38,676 bases of DNA from a virus (taxonomy: Duplodnaviria; Heunggongvirae; Uroviricota; Caudoviricetes; Herelleviridae): positions 123,923-162,598 of IMG/VR virus record IMGVR_UViG_2974632988_000001; one strand, 5' to 3'. Positions 1 through 11,200 of the stretch are shown one piece after another. How positions within the stretch are numbered: position 1 is the first letter of the stretch; every line of letters begins with the position of its first letter. Both the position numbers and the translations under genes were made by a program. The notes under the pieces are model-generated. The model ran no database searches, was not told where the DNA came from, and saw only the letters and a list, made by a program, of their open reading frames with translations.

Positions 1-395
1 ATCGTAGCAAGGTCACCTTTGTTATCGTCCTTCATCTCTAGTATTTCTGCATCCCATCCGGGAGAACCAATATTACGAGGCTGCGGCAATACATTTAAAT
101 CCTTACCCAATGTCAAAGCATAGATTTCCTCTTGGTCATACACCGCACTATTTTTTAAGCTTGCTATAAGCTCACCATCGATATCTTCACCAGAACGGAA
201 CATAATCGTATCACCCGTTGTAACAAGATGGTCTGGGTTCGTTAACTTCTCTGCTACCGTATCAACGATGTAAGGGTAACGTAAATTATTGAACTTCGCT
301 AACTCTCTCCACTGATTCGAATCACCTAAATGATGTTGAGCAATGGATTGTAGTGTGTCTCCTGCTGCTATAATCTTCTTTACATATTTAACCAC
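1..395 (-). CDS. Baseplate wedge protein (N-terminal LysM-like domain, then gp25-like region); runs off the window edge
   Basis: Not in the ORF track. My translation from GTG at 395 (SD GGAGGTG upstream, overlapping the TAG of the previous gene) gives MVKYVKKIIAAGDTLQSIAQHHLGDSNQWRELAKFNNLRYPYI..., open to position 3. GDTLQSIA...W..LA..N.L is LysM-like; position fits Herelleviridae baseplate synteny. Confidence 0.75.
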   Translation of the reverse strand, partial: MVKYVKKIIAAGDTLQSIAQHHLGDSNQWRELAKFNNLRYPYIVDTVAEKLTNPDHLVTTGDTIMFRSGEDIDGELIASLKNSAVYDQEEIYALTLGKDLNVLPQPRNIGSPGWDAEILEMKDDNKGDLAT

Positions 396-922
396 TATCT
401 CACCTCCAGTCTATCTGTTAAAATTACATCTATTTGGTTCTCTAGATATCCTAGTGACACATGTGTAATTCTAAGGGACTCTATAATCTTTCTATATCTT
501 CGAACTGTACTGAAATAATCAGCTATGTAGTTTACGTTTTCTCGGATTCTTTGGAAATCCTTTTGTGATAAGTACTGTAAGTTTGTACTTTCTGTTTCAA
601 TGCTGTATAATATTGCAAAGGATTCTAACACTACTGATGTAACCAACGTGTACATACGCGGATTATACGTAGCTAAATCACTATCCATTATCTGTCTTAC
701 TAGTGTTCTAGGGTCTATCTCAATATCAACAGTAGGTATTTGGTTCTGGTTAATCTGGTCTAATACAAGTCTTGCTACAGAAGAAAGACTAAACACGGGC
801 TTGTACAATTGTGATACATACATAGGAGCCTCGTTCATTGTATTAAACGGAATGGTACCATCTGGTAATACTGTTACGGTAGAGATAAACCGAACTAATG
901 TTGCTGGTTTTACTTGTACCAT
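395..922 (-). CDS. Baseplate-region structural protein (175 aa)
   Basis: ORF with SD (GGAGG), tightly coupled to neighbours in the baseplate operon; function from synteny only. Confidence 0.6.
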   Translation of the reverse strand: MVQVKPATLVRFISTVTVLPDGTIPFNTMNEAPMYVSQLYKPVFSLSSVARLVLDQINQNQIPTVDIEIDPRTLVRQIMDSDLATYNPRMYTLVTSVVLESFAILYSIETESTNLQYLSQKDFQRIRENVNYIADYFSTVRRYRKIIESLRITHVSLGYLENQIDVILTDRLEVR

Positions 923-923
923 T

Positions 924-1700
924 TTATGTCCACCTTCCGTAGTAGCCTATATTGAATCCTAAACCCTCCATACCGTACTGATACACGCCTTTAGATGGTG
1001 TTTGGGGGTTTAGTACTGTTCCATCTTTATCTGGTCTGTATGAGCCTCCTGTGCCTTTATTATAGATATCGTCACCGACATTACTACCGCCACCTTTTGA
1101 TGGGATGTCCCACTCGGAGCCGGGCTTGTTTGGTAAAGGAGTTGGTAAGGTTGGATATGTTGGAGATGGTCTGTAGTTACCAGTATTAGGTAATGAAGGG
1201 AATCTGTTACCTATCTCTGGATTAATAACATCTGCATCTGCTGGGTCTGACGATTTACGAATGATGATTAGTTTGATTTCGTATCTGTATAGCAGGGGAG
1301 CGTTCGCATCCTGTGTAATCGAAATACCTTCGGGAGCCAAGTGAACTACAAAGCTCTCATCATTTGTAAAGTTATGGAAATAAAAATCCTGCGATGATGT
1401 TCGACCATTACCGCCTGTCTTCGCGTAGTCTTCAATAAACGCTTTCATTTCTTTTATCTTCGTTACCCCTCTATCTTCTACTCGTCCTGTAGGGTTAAAA
1501 CCTGTTGTACCGGAGATAGTTATAGTAGGGATATCAGCTTGGAAATCCTCAATGATAATACGACTCTTTGTTTTTAAAGCCGTAGTACGATGAGGCATGC
1601 TGTGGTTCATGTTCTCTGGGTTGATAGCGAACTTAAATGTTCTACCGCCAACACTGAACGCAATCTTCTGTAATCTATTACGACCATCAGCTATTGTCAT
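924..1700 (-). CDS. Baseplate / tail-tube-initiator-like protein (258 aa) with Pro/Gly-rich C-terminal region
   Basis: SD GGAGG; N-terminal FKFAINPENM...TITISGTTG beta-rich fold typical of tube-like baseplate proteins; synteny. Confidence 0.6.
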   Translation of the reverse strand: MTIADGRNRLQKIAFSVGGRTFKFAINPENMNHSMPHRTTALKTKSRIIIEDFQADIPTITISGTTGFNPTGRVEDRGVTKIKEMKAFIEDYAKTGGNGRTSSQDFYFHNFTNDESFVVHLAPEGISITQDANAPLLYRYEIKLIIIRKSSDPADADVINPEIGNRFPSLPNTGNYRPSPTYPTLPTPLPNKPGSEWDIPSKGGGSNVGDDIYNKGTGGSYRPDKDGTVLNPQTPSKGVYQYGMEGLGFNIGYYGRWT

Positions 1701-1742
1701 GTGCGTTCCTCCGTTCTTTCATAGTTATCTTCACTCTACTAA

Positions 1743-1750
1743 TAATATAG
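1743..1750 (-). promoter_or_regulatory. Putative late promoter -10 (CTATATTA)
   Basis: Motif recurs upstream of several structural genes in this window and resembles the Twort-like late consensus TGTTATATTA. Confidence 0.55.
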
Positions 1751-1782
1751 TATTTAGACTAAAAATAACTACTAATATACCA

Positions 1783-1810
1783 AGAAAAGACGGGAGAAAA
1801 CCCCCGTCTC
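1783..1810 (-). terminator. Intrinsic terminator after the 63-aa gene
   Basis: Minus strand GACGGG-loop-CCCGTC followed by TTTTCTT. Confidence 0.75.
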
Positions 1811-1832
1811 TAATTAAACAAACATCTCTTTC

Positions 1833-2024
1833 TTATTTATGGTCTGCATCCTCGCCCTCGCGGGGTTGGTTAGCAGATTGTAACTGGGCAATTTCCTCTT
1901 CTAATTGCATCGTGTAGGCTCTTAGTTTGATAACCTCGTCAGTTAATGTATGTATAGTTTGTGACTGCTCCAAAAGTACGTACTTTGGATTTAGCGGTGC
2001 GCCTTGCGGTTGTTGGTTATTCAT
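1833..2024 (-). CDS. Small coiled-coil protein (63 aa), tail-fibre associated
   Basis: SD AGGAGG; heptad pattern IHTLTDEVIKLRAYTMQLEEEIAQLQ; has its own promoter and terminator. Confidence 0.7.
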   Translation of the reverse strand: MNNQQPQGAPLNPKYVLLEQSQTIHTLTDEVIKLRAYTMQLEEEIAQLQSANQPREGEDADHK

Positions 2025-2047
2025 CTTTAAATTCCTCCTATAATTCT

Positions 2048-2056
2048 ATTATACCA
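2048..2056 (-). promoter_or_regulatory. Extended -10 promoter (TGGTATAAT)
   Basis: Exact TGn-TATAAT a short distance upstream of the SD of the 63-aa gene. Confidence 0.6.
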
Positions 2057-2059
2057 TAA

Positions 2060-2575
2060 TTACTTATGTGGATAGATTCCACCCCATGATACTTTTACAA
2101 TTTCTTCGTGTGTAGTAGCATTTTTGATAGCCATTGCTTTCTCGTTGTACTTCATTAATTGCTGTTCTTTATGTGCGAACCCCTCCGTAGCTACCTGTAA
2201 CCACTCTTCTCTTGTATGGATTAAATACTCGCCTAAGTCTTCCGGTTTCCAGTTAACTTCTGTTATGTCCGGTTTAAGGTAAAGAAGTAACATTTTACCC
2301 AAGAAGTTAATCTGGTCATCTGTATTTGTACGATATGTATGACCATTTGTGGCTGTGAATCCTTTAGCTATATCAATTTCATAAAACTCATTCATCATAG
2401 ATAACTTAATATCTTTATGATACTGTAACACATGTTCCGGTTTTAAAGTCATCCATGAAAGACCTAGCTTCTTCGCTACATGTGCTGATAACTTGTTTTG
2501 GTAGTCTAAAGACATTTTATCGTATCCGTATAAAATCATTTCTTGTTCATAAATTGTAAGAGTATCGTATATCAT
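2060..2575 (-). CDS. Tail fibre assembly protein, DUF4376-like (171 aa)
   Basis: C-terminal GHTYRTNTDDQINF...W...EE...V.W pattern of DUF4376-type proteins; directly follows the fibre gene. Confidence 0.6.
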   Translation of the reverse strand: MIYDTLTIYEQEMILYGYDKMSLDYQNKLSAHVAKKLGLSWMTLKPEHVLQYHKDIKLSMMNEFYEIDIAKGFTATNGHTYRTNTDDQINFLGKMLLLYLKPDITEVNWKPEDLGEYLIHTREEWLQVATEGFAHKEQQLMKYNEKAMAIKNATTHEEIVKVSWGGIYPHK

Positions 2576-2587
2576 TTTCCTAGTCTC

Positions 2588-5263
2588 CTATCGTATAGTT
2601 ATTCTTCTGTCTAAGTTATCTAACTTATGTGACAGCTCTTGTATTGCTTTCCAAAGTATTGTACTCATAGCATAACTGTTAATGGATTTGTCATCGTCTC
2701 CTCTAATAATTGTTGGTGATTCGTCTACGATTAAACCTAGATGTTTCTCGACTAAATCTTCATCCTCATCCGTATAATGGTACAAGTAAGCTTTTGCAGA
2801 GTTTATAAGCGTTAATGCGCTATCCTCAAACGTCTCGATGTTCTTCTTATACTCTCTTGCTGATGGTACTGTTACGTTTTTGGCTTCAATATCCGCCCAA
2901 CCACCACCTGCCATTAAGAATTGGAATCTAGCTACGTCTCCGTTCCACTTCATTCTTCCTGCACCCATATCGAAATGAGCGTATGCGCCACCGCCGTTTT
3001 GCCAGAAGTTCCAACAGTTTAAGCCTTCATGGTATAGTTTTACACCGCCAGTCCATGCGTATATTTCTGTAGGGGCTGTAGCTCCTTTACCAATACCAGT
3101 AAGGAATCTTAGTCTATCGTCTGCATCTTTTATTGACCATGTGTTACCTGCACCTGCTGTTGATTGTCCTTTAATGTTTCCCCAAACATCCCATATAGCG
3201 CCGCCTTGTTGGAATGAGTACATATCCCCTATTAGACGAATGTTACTTGTTTGGTCGAACACAGCGAAGATAGACTTATTGTTAATCTTCAAGTTGTTAT
3301 CAAGAATACTAAAACTATCGTAATCCGCTTGATTCGTAGACCTAGCTGGTTTACCGCTCTTTAAGAAGTTTAGCCCCTGGTCTTTATTTTGAGCTGCTGT
3401 TTGGAAGTATAACGCACATAAACCGAATAAATCAGAGTTATGAGCATCGTAAGAGTACTTACCTTGCGATACCCATTGGTTCGCCTTTGCATTAATTACA
3501 CCATCTACAGATAGGCTACCTGCGATTTCAAGAGCGTTAGTTCCGCTTGGGAACTTATTAACGCCTATCGACTTCTTAGCTGTGTCGATAAACATAATAG
3601 GTGTTCCGACTGCTACTGTACTAACACTTGTAACGGAGCCTAGCACATCTGTAATCGTTAACGATACTTCCCATGCTTTTGTGTTGTCTAGCTCTACTGT
3701 CTTGTTACTAGCTGTGAAGTTAGGGAACCCAGTTAATGGTAAATCCGCTTCGCCACTCCATGCTGTTACACCGACTTGTCGATACTTAAACTTAGATGAC
3801 TTTATTAAGTTCTTATTTACACTGTTTATGCTCAACGGTGAAGCGAACCCAACTACTTTTAAGTTTGTAGTAGTTTCGAAGTTGTTTACCCTTTCTGCAA
3901 CGAAGTTATACGATGGTAACGCATACGGTAATATTAATATAGTAGAAGATGCAGAAGTCCTAAAACCCCTACTATCTATTGCAGAAACGACGATAGTAGC
4001 ATTTGTACTAACATCTACAACACCGAAGTTTAGGGTTAAGTCAGCCGTATCAGAGTAGTTGATAGATTGCACGGCACCGTTGACCGCTACTTCATATCGT
4101 GTAATCGTTGCGTAGTTTTTTGCTACAGCTTTCTTTGCAACAGGTAGTTTAACTTGTAAAGTAGACTTACCTTGAATGATGTACTGGTCATTATTTGTTA
4201 GCGCTTTCGTAGTAGGGTTTATATCTGCGTATGTAAACCCACCATCGTATGTTGGTTCACTATTGACTACGCGTAAAGTGATGTACCTATTTTGGTCTTT
4301 AGGTGCGCCATCATTTATTTCTACCCCATTGTACTTTGTACTAGCCCAAACCCTTGCTTGTCCTAATTTCTGATTCGGTACTTGCTGGTACATCTGTTTT
4401 ACTTCATCATCTGTGAATGTCATGTTAAAGTTTTTACCTACGCCTGTGAATACCTTTTTGAAACTACCAAAGTAAAACTCATATGTGTACGCGAATTGAC
4501 CGTAGTAATAATCTAACATGACAGGTACAGACTTCGTACCTATATCGAAATCAGATAAAACAGGTGTTGCAGGGGTCGCACCGTACACCCTACCTTCTTT
4601 TGTTGTGTCACCTATTACATTACCATTATACCATGTTTGGACTCGTACCCTAGCTGGTCTGTCTTCCCAGCCACCCATAGCTTGATATAAAGCTGTGTTC
4701 TCTTCTGTAGTGAATGTGAATGTTGTAGAGTCTCCTACACTACTTCTCCAAGCGATTGCAGCCCAGTTATTATTTGGTGTGTACACATCGATAGCTACGA
4801 TATGGTCAAAGGCACTTGAAGCCCTGTTAATTGTGATAGGTAAGTTTTCTAATCCTGCTGTCCAACTTACGTTTGAAGATAGTGTACTTGCCCGTGGGAT
4901 GCGGTCTAAGTCTACGTAAACAACTGCGTCATTAATGTTGAATACGTTCGTATACCCGGCTGCTCCGATACGTAAGTTCTTTGTTCCATCGGAGTTGTGA
5001 GGTACACGGAATCCACCACTTACTACTAATGTTCTTGAGTTTTGTGTAATGCTAAAGCTTGTTGTATTTACTGCTTGTTCTCCATTTACATACAATCCGA
5101 ACGTACCGTTACCGTATGTCTCGTACCCAGAGTTTGTACGGGAGAAGCGCCATTCTACTCTTACATCACTATAGTTTTCACTAGTGTACGGGGTACTGCT
5201 CCAAGTTACAGTACCCAATACGTAAGGATTACTAGTCGTGACATTAAATGAACCTGATGCCAT
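2588..5263 (-). CDS. Tail fibre/minor tail protein, DUF859-like N-terminal half with a C-terminal intramolecular chaperone (peptidase S74 family)
   Basis: C-terminal SAREYKKNIE...HLGLIVDE...INSYAMSTILWKAIQEL is the S74 autocleaving chaperone signature; N-terminal Ig-like repeats with IPRAST motif. Confidence 0.8.
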   Translation of the reverse strand: MASGSFNVTTSNPYVLGTVTWSSTPYTSENYSDVRVEWRFSRTNSGYETYGNGTFGLYVNGEQAVNTTSFSITQNSRTLVVSGGFRVPHNSDGTKNLRIGAAGYTNVFNINDAVVYVDLDRIPRASTLSSNVSWTAGLENLPITINRASSAFDHIVAIDVYTPNNNWAAIAWRSSVGDSTTFTFTTEENTALYQAMGGWEDRPARVRVQTWYNGNVIGDTTKEGRVYGATPATPVLSDFDIGTKSVPVMLDYYYGQFAYTYEFYFGSFKKVFTGVGKNFNMTFTDDEVKQMYQQVPNQKLGQARVWASTKYNGVEINDGAPKDQNRYITLRVVNSEPTYDGGFTYADINPTTKALTNNDQYIIQGKSTLQVKLPVAKKAVAKNYATITRYEVAVNGAVQSINYSDTADLTLNFGVVDVSTNATIVVSAIDSRGFRTSASSTILILPYALPSYNFVAERVNNFETTTNLKVVGFASPLSINSVNKNLIKSSKFKYRQVGVTAWSGEADLPLTGFPNFTASNKTVELDNTKAWEVSLTITDVLGSVTSVSTVAVGTPIMFIDTAKKSIGVNKFPSGTNALEIAGSLSVDGVINAKANQWVSQGKYSYDAHNSDLFGLCALYFQTAAQNKDQGLNFLKSGKPARSTNQADYDSFSILDNNLKINNKSIFAVFDQTSNIRLIGDMYSFQQGGAIWDVWGNIKGQSTAGAGNTWSIKDADDRLRFLTGIGKGATAPTEIYAWTGGVKLYHEGLNCWNFWQNGGGAYAHFDMGAGRMKWNGDVARFQFLMAGGGWADIEAKNVTVPSAREYKKNIETFEDSALTLINSAKAYLYHYTDEDEDLVEKHLGLIVDESPTIIRGDDDKSINSYAMSTILWKAIQELSHKLDNLDRRITIR

Positions 5264-5284
5264 TCTAATTTCCTCCAGTCGATT

Positions 5285-8200
5285 CTATTTAACAGTCGGT
5301 ACGAATGCCCAACCTGTTATATCTGTACTAGTGACGTCAATTATCTTGATGTTACCTAGTGTTATCTCTTTTGTTGCTTTTAACTTCTTAGTTACAGTTT
5401 CGTCACCATTTAAGTAGAACACTTTTTCGTATCCGCCATTACCGTTTTTGTAGAATCCGGCGAACTCTGACGGTGTGATTTGTGTATAACCAACTTCGGC
5501 ACCATTAGCGTCGAGCTGTGCTACACGTAAACCATTTAAGTTCATACGAACGTTTGTGTTGTATAGCTCTCCTGTTGCTAGTGTCCACTGTAAAGGAATA
5601 TCCCCTATATTTAACATTATACCAGAAACGATAGCTTCAACCTTCGAGTATGCTATGAAACAGATTGTTACAGTGTCCTCTAAAGGCGTAAATGTTAAAT
5701 ATCCTCCCTCTAAACCATTTGTCGTTTTATCGCTATTGTTATCTACTTGCTTTATCGTTACACCTGCACTATTACGTATTTGAATCCATAATCTAAATGT
5801 AGAGTCACCTACAGCTCCTTTCGTCATTTTATTTAGATAGAATCCTAAAGTGTACGGCTGGTTCGGTATAACTTTGACTGTTTGCATAATACCCTTGTCC
5901 TTGCCATCTGGTCTAAAGTAGAATCCGCTACCTAAACCTAAACTATCTAAAGCAGAGTTTGAAATAGTTTCTACAGTTGTGTTAGGTGCGTACATATTCC
6001 AGAAGTCCGTACCACTAAAACCGATGGAGTTCTTGATAGTGTTCATACCGTTTGCTGCGGAGAACTTCGCATTCCAGTCTCTAGCTGTTTGTTCTAACTG
6101 AGATTTTTCCACGAATGGAGAGAAGTCTAACTTATCTATCTCACCTTTGATACGGTCATCTACACCCTTATTAACGTTATCTAGCTCGTCTTTCGTAGCG
6201 TAGTTACCTAAATCACTAGCATCCGCTTTACTCTTAAGACCTAGCGTGTACTCCCTAGAGTTGACAACTGTGTTTGTGATAGCTTCATCAGTTATCTTTT
6301 GCTCCGCATTCGCGATACGTTTCATCATCGTTGGTACGATATAACGAGTATCCTGCGCTACTGTAGCTAAGTTTGTACCATACTTGATAGTACCTGTACG
6401 GATTGGTGGTGTCCATAACGGGTAGTACGTTGTGATGACATTAGCTTTTGGAAGTAACTCTAAGATTCCATCGAATGAAACTTCTTCTTGAATTGGGTCT
6501 ACTAGTCTATAAACGAATTGGTATGGTCTAATCGTGTTGTCTTTAATAGATGGTGATACTTCCGTTGGTGCAGTAGCTCGACCTGTTACTGCTCGGTCTA
6601 AATTCTTGTCACCTTGTGGATACCAAACCTTACCACCAGAAACATATTGACCTCCGAACTGACCGTTACACATTCTCCAACCTAAGAAGTAAGATTTAAT
6701 CTCCTCTACTGTTGGTGTGTAAGAATCGCTCCAACCAGTATCGACATCTGCTAGAGATAAATACAATTGACCTGTCGTAGCGTTTACCGCCATTTGGTCG
6801 GCTTCTGGTGTGTTACCATCTCTAGGTAGTATCTTACCATCATGTTTTACTACAATCTCTGATGCGTAAGCTATAGATGCATATGTCGCTCCGTCACCTC
6901 TAACACGTTTGAACGTTTGTTTGTTTGCGTTAGTCCAAGTTGTAGCGTTAGTTCCTCTCTCTACCTGCACCTTTCTAAACCTTAGCTTTGTATTATTTGC
7001 TGCTGCAACACGAGGGAAGTAGATACGGAAGAAAAGACCTTTAGCGTTAGCTGGGATTTTGAAAGTGTGCTTGAGTTTTTGCCATGTACCTGCTGTACCA
7101 ACATCTCCTCTTGTCTCAATCCAGTTTGTACCATCACTAATCCACGTAGACATGTAAGCCCCTGCTACATCTCCGTTAACTTCTGCGGAGAATGTGATAG
7201 TCTCACCTACGCTAAACCCGTGTAGGTTCATGTTGTAATCGCCTAGCTGATAGAACGAGTCAGAACTATCAGTACAGTTCATTATTACATAGTCCTCGTA
7301 GAAAGCTAATGTTGTACGTCCAGAACGGTTAGTCACATTATCATCAAATAGTATCGGATACTCGTTGTTACCACTAGCTTTAATGAACTTATTCACGCTA
7401 TCAGTATTCAAACCTTTAGATGAGTAAGACCACTGTTGTTGCGTATCTAGTGACTTGTCAATCCAGTATTTAACCTTAACTGGTGTACCACTTGTGTCCC
7501 AAGAGAACTTATCATTAACTGTCCCGTCACCATAGAAACTAGCTAAGATAGTTAAGTCAGTTCCACTACTGAATACCGGATTTGTAACAGGTCTAATACG
7601 GTTACCGATTGTACCCCAACCCTCTGTAGGTGCAGGAGTATAAACAGGGTTTAGGTTTTTACCTAACTCGATTTTCAAGTTAGATATTGTTAACTTACCT
7701 ACCATGTTATCGCAACGCATGTTAATGGATATGAATGTTGCTATGTTTGATGGCATAGTCAACGTAGCTTTTTCTCGACCTCTTATGTTCGTACTAGAGA
7801 ATGTTATTTTTGGTGCAACCTGCGGGTATGGGTTACTACCTTGCATATACATTGTTCCGGAAGGGTTTGCTCCTTCTATGCTCCAGTCATATGAAATCGT
7901 GAACTCCGAACCCATCAGTTCAATAGAGTTACCAGCAACGAAGCTGTAGATATTCATTGTTTGGTTAGATGCGTTCGTACCTTCTAATGTCTTAGATGTT
8001 AATGTACCAGCTACAAGGTTACGACCATTTACATACCAGCTATCTTGGTGATTACCTTCGAACTCCGGTAAACCAAGTGTTGCGATTTTTGGTGTGACTG
8101 TTACTGGATTTGTGAATGGCACAGTGTCATGATTACCCGGTGTGCTAATTGCAGCGATAGTTTTATCCGACATCTCTTGCGCTTTCTGTTCTGTGTACTG

Positions 8201-11200
8201 CTTCTGTCTGTCCTGTACTTCGATTTCGAACAGAGCATAGAAATTGTAATAGTCATTCCACTTCTGGTTCCATACCACCCTGTCTGCGATAGGTATAATC
8301 GCGCTAGAGCTTACATCCCACGGTTTAGGTGTAAAACCATTAAGGTATGCTATCAACGCTGTATAAGCGTCTCCGAGCTTCTTATAGTAAGGGCTTGTTG
8401 CAATGTCTAAACCGATGTTACGCGCTTGTTGTCGGATGGAGTATAACTTACCTTTCCCATAAGCAGGTTTATCGATTTCTGTTAATGGTACTGGGACATC
8501 TGTAGGGTTGTAATATGTGCCTGTGATATCTGCAATCCATGAACGGATTAAACTCCTTTCGAATCGAGTTAGTTTACCGTCATCCCCTAAGGCATCTACA
8601 CTTGTACGGATGTCTTTAACGTCGTTGTTAATGCCATCGATTTCTCGTTGTGTATCCTCTGGGGCTGGAACCCAGTTTACAGGAGAGTTACCTTGTACTA
8701 GGATATGACTGTTTACTTGTAGCTTTAAGTTAGCTGATGTTAAATCAGCAACCTCGAATCGAATCTTAGAACCTGCTGTATTCATTGCTGCTAACATTTT
8801 GAACGTGATGTGAAACGGCTTCCACTCTGTCGTTACTGTACCTACTGTTGTACCGCTCTTATCAGAACTTTCACAGAAGAATTGTAAAGGTCTTGTAACA
8901 CCTGTCGCTCCTGTTAGTCTAGCAAGTACACAGAACGTAACTTCGTCATTAGCAGCTACTACACCACGAGTAAATAAGTCTACACATGCGTAGTCCGCGC
9001 TACCCCAGTTAGCTGCTGTTTCAATGATGTACGTACCTTGCCATTGGTTGTTTGTTCTTGTTGCACTTTGAAGCGTCCAACCTCCACCTGTACAATCTCG
9101 TGAGTTTGTAAGTAGGTTACGAATGTTGAAGTCAAGACCATCTGCGGAGAATTGCCATTTTCCATCCATGTAAACGTATAACTTACCATCCGTCATGTTG
9201 TACCACATTGTACCTTGACGTGGGTTTACTGGTTCTGTTTTCGATACAGAGATATCCTTTAAGTTCGCTACTGTAATACTTCCTGTAGCTACTGGAGGAG
9301 TCTTGTATGAGCAGAAGAATGTAGCTCTATCTCGCACATCATTTACACTTAATCGGAATGAGTTACCAATACCTTTATGGTTGTTATTCCATGCTAAGTC
9401 TCCGGCTTGGTCTTCTGATACACGAGTCCAGATAATATCTCCGATACCTACTGTAGACGTGATATCGTCTGCACCTTTGTAAAATCTAGCAGATACTACA
9501 GAATCGATAAAGTCATTGACGAACACAGTACCATTTGTAGACGTAACCTCTACGCGATATGGTAGATTTGATAAAGCTCCATCTACTTTGTTATTTACTT
9601 TGTCTAGTTCATTTGTAAGAGCTATCTGCTCTTCCTTTGTAGCCATCTTAAGCTCTAAGTCTTGTACTTGAGATGTTAATTGCTCTGTACTAACTTTCAT
9701 GGAGATAGCATTGAATAATTGAGTGAATACAGCGCTTTGTTTCTTCATCTCTTTATTCGTGTAGTTTACTGGATTCTCTACAGCCTCTTTGATACGTTCG
9801 ACAATAGATGCTTCGATACTAGAAGTGAACACAGGTTCTATGTTAGTTAAAGCAGTTACATAGTTCGTGATAGCTGTGTTGATATCTGTCTTCTCTTGTG
9901 CTGTGATTGTGCCATCTGTGATAGATGCATCGATTACGTTATGTAATGCTTGGTGGTAACCATCTACGCGGTCTTTAGAGATTTTTAATGTGTTCTTAAG
10001 TGTATCCGATAAGAACGGGTCAGCCATAACCTCTGCGTACTTACCGTCAAGAACGGTTTTAGATGAGTCAATTGCTTGCATCTTTTTGTTTAACTCTATC
10101 TTACGTGTATCCGTTACTTTACCATCCGGGAAAGCAGAACCAACGAATGTACGTAAGTCTTCTAGAGAAGTTTTTAGAGTTGCTAGAATTGTTTTAATCT
10201 CTGCAAGTAACGCATCTTGAGCGCCTTTGATTTCGTCAAGGTCAATCTCGTATGTATTTTTCTCTACCTTTGTTTGTAGTCCACCTTCTACAGCTTTCAT
10301 AGTAATCTTCATTGTTTCGATAGTTTTATTGATTTGTCGGATAGCCTCATCGTATTCCGGGTTTGTACCGCCACCGTTGCCGCCACCGGAACCGATTGGT
10401 TTACCATCTACCATGATACCTTCTTCTGTAATCTCGAACTTATGCTTTGGATTTTGAAGAAGTACGTTACCATTCTTTAGGATTTCCATAGAAGATTGGT
10501 CGTATGATTCCTCTTCTGGATTTGTCGTATCATTTTTCTTGACAATGGAGAAACTACCGTCTGGGTTCATTTGTTGGTATGTAATACCGTGACCATTTGG
10601 ATTGCGAGTACCCATACGGAATGTACCGTCAGATTTGATGAACACTGTAAATCTATGTTTCTCGTAGATGCCTTGATGTACATAAAGGACTGTTGGAGCC
10701 TTTGGTGATTCTGGTTCAATCAGCTCTCCATTTGCATAACGAGAACTCGGTAAGTCCATGTAGTCAAATGCCTCGTCCTGTACGTATTCATTGTTTTGGT
10801 CAGTGTCAGTAACATATAAGAAGCTCTTACCAGAGAAAGTAACTTCACGGTTACCGCGACCATCCACATTTGTATATGTCATAGATGGGTATAAATTAAA
10901 TAATTGCCATAGCTCACGTTGTACACCTTCATCCGATTCATCGCCACTAGTCATAGTTGTTCTAGTAAGCATAGATTGGTTGTCAACTGCTCCATAAATA
11001 TTTAATACGATTGGGTTGTCTTTGTTACCTTCTACGAATCCGATTAGGACTTTCGAGCCTACAGTTACAAGTGTGTTTGTACCGTATACGTTACCTTGCG
11101 GTGTTCTACCACCGAATTGTATAGGTAAACGTGCAGAGTACTTACCGTTGTCGTTTGGATTCTTTGTTGTAGAATTTTTATATTTAGTAGTGATTACATC

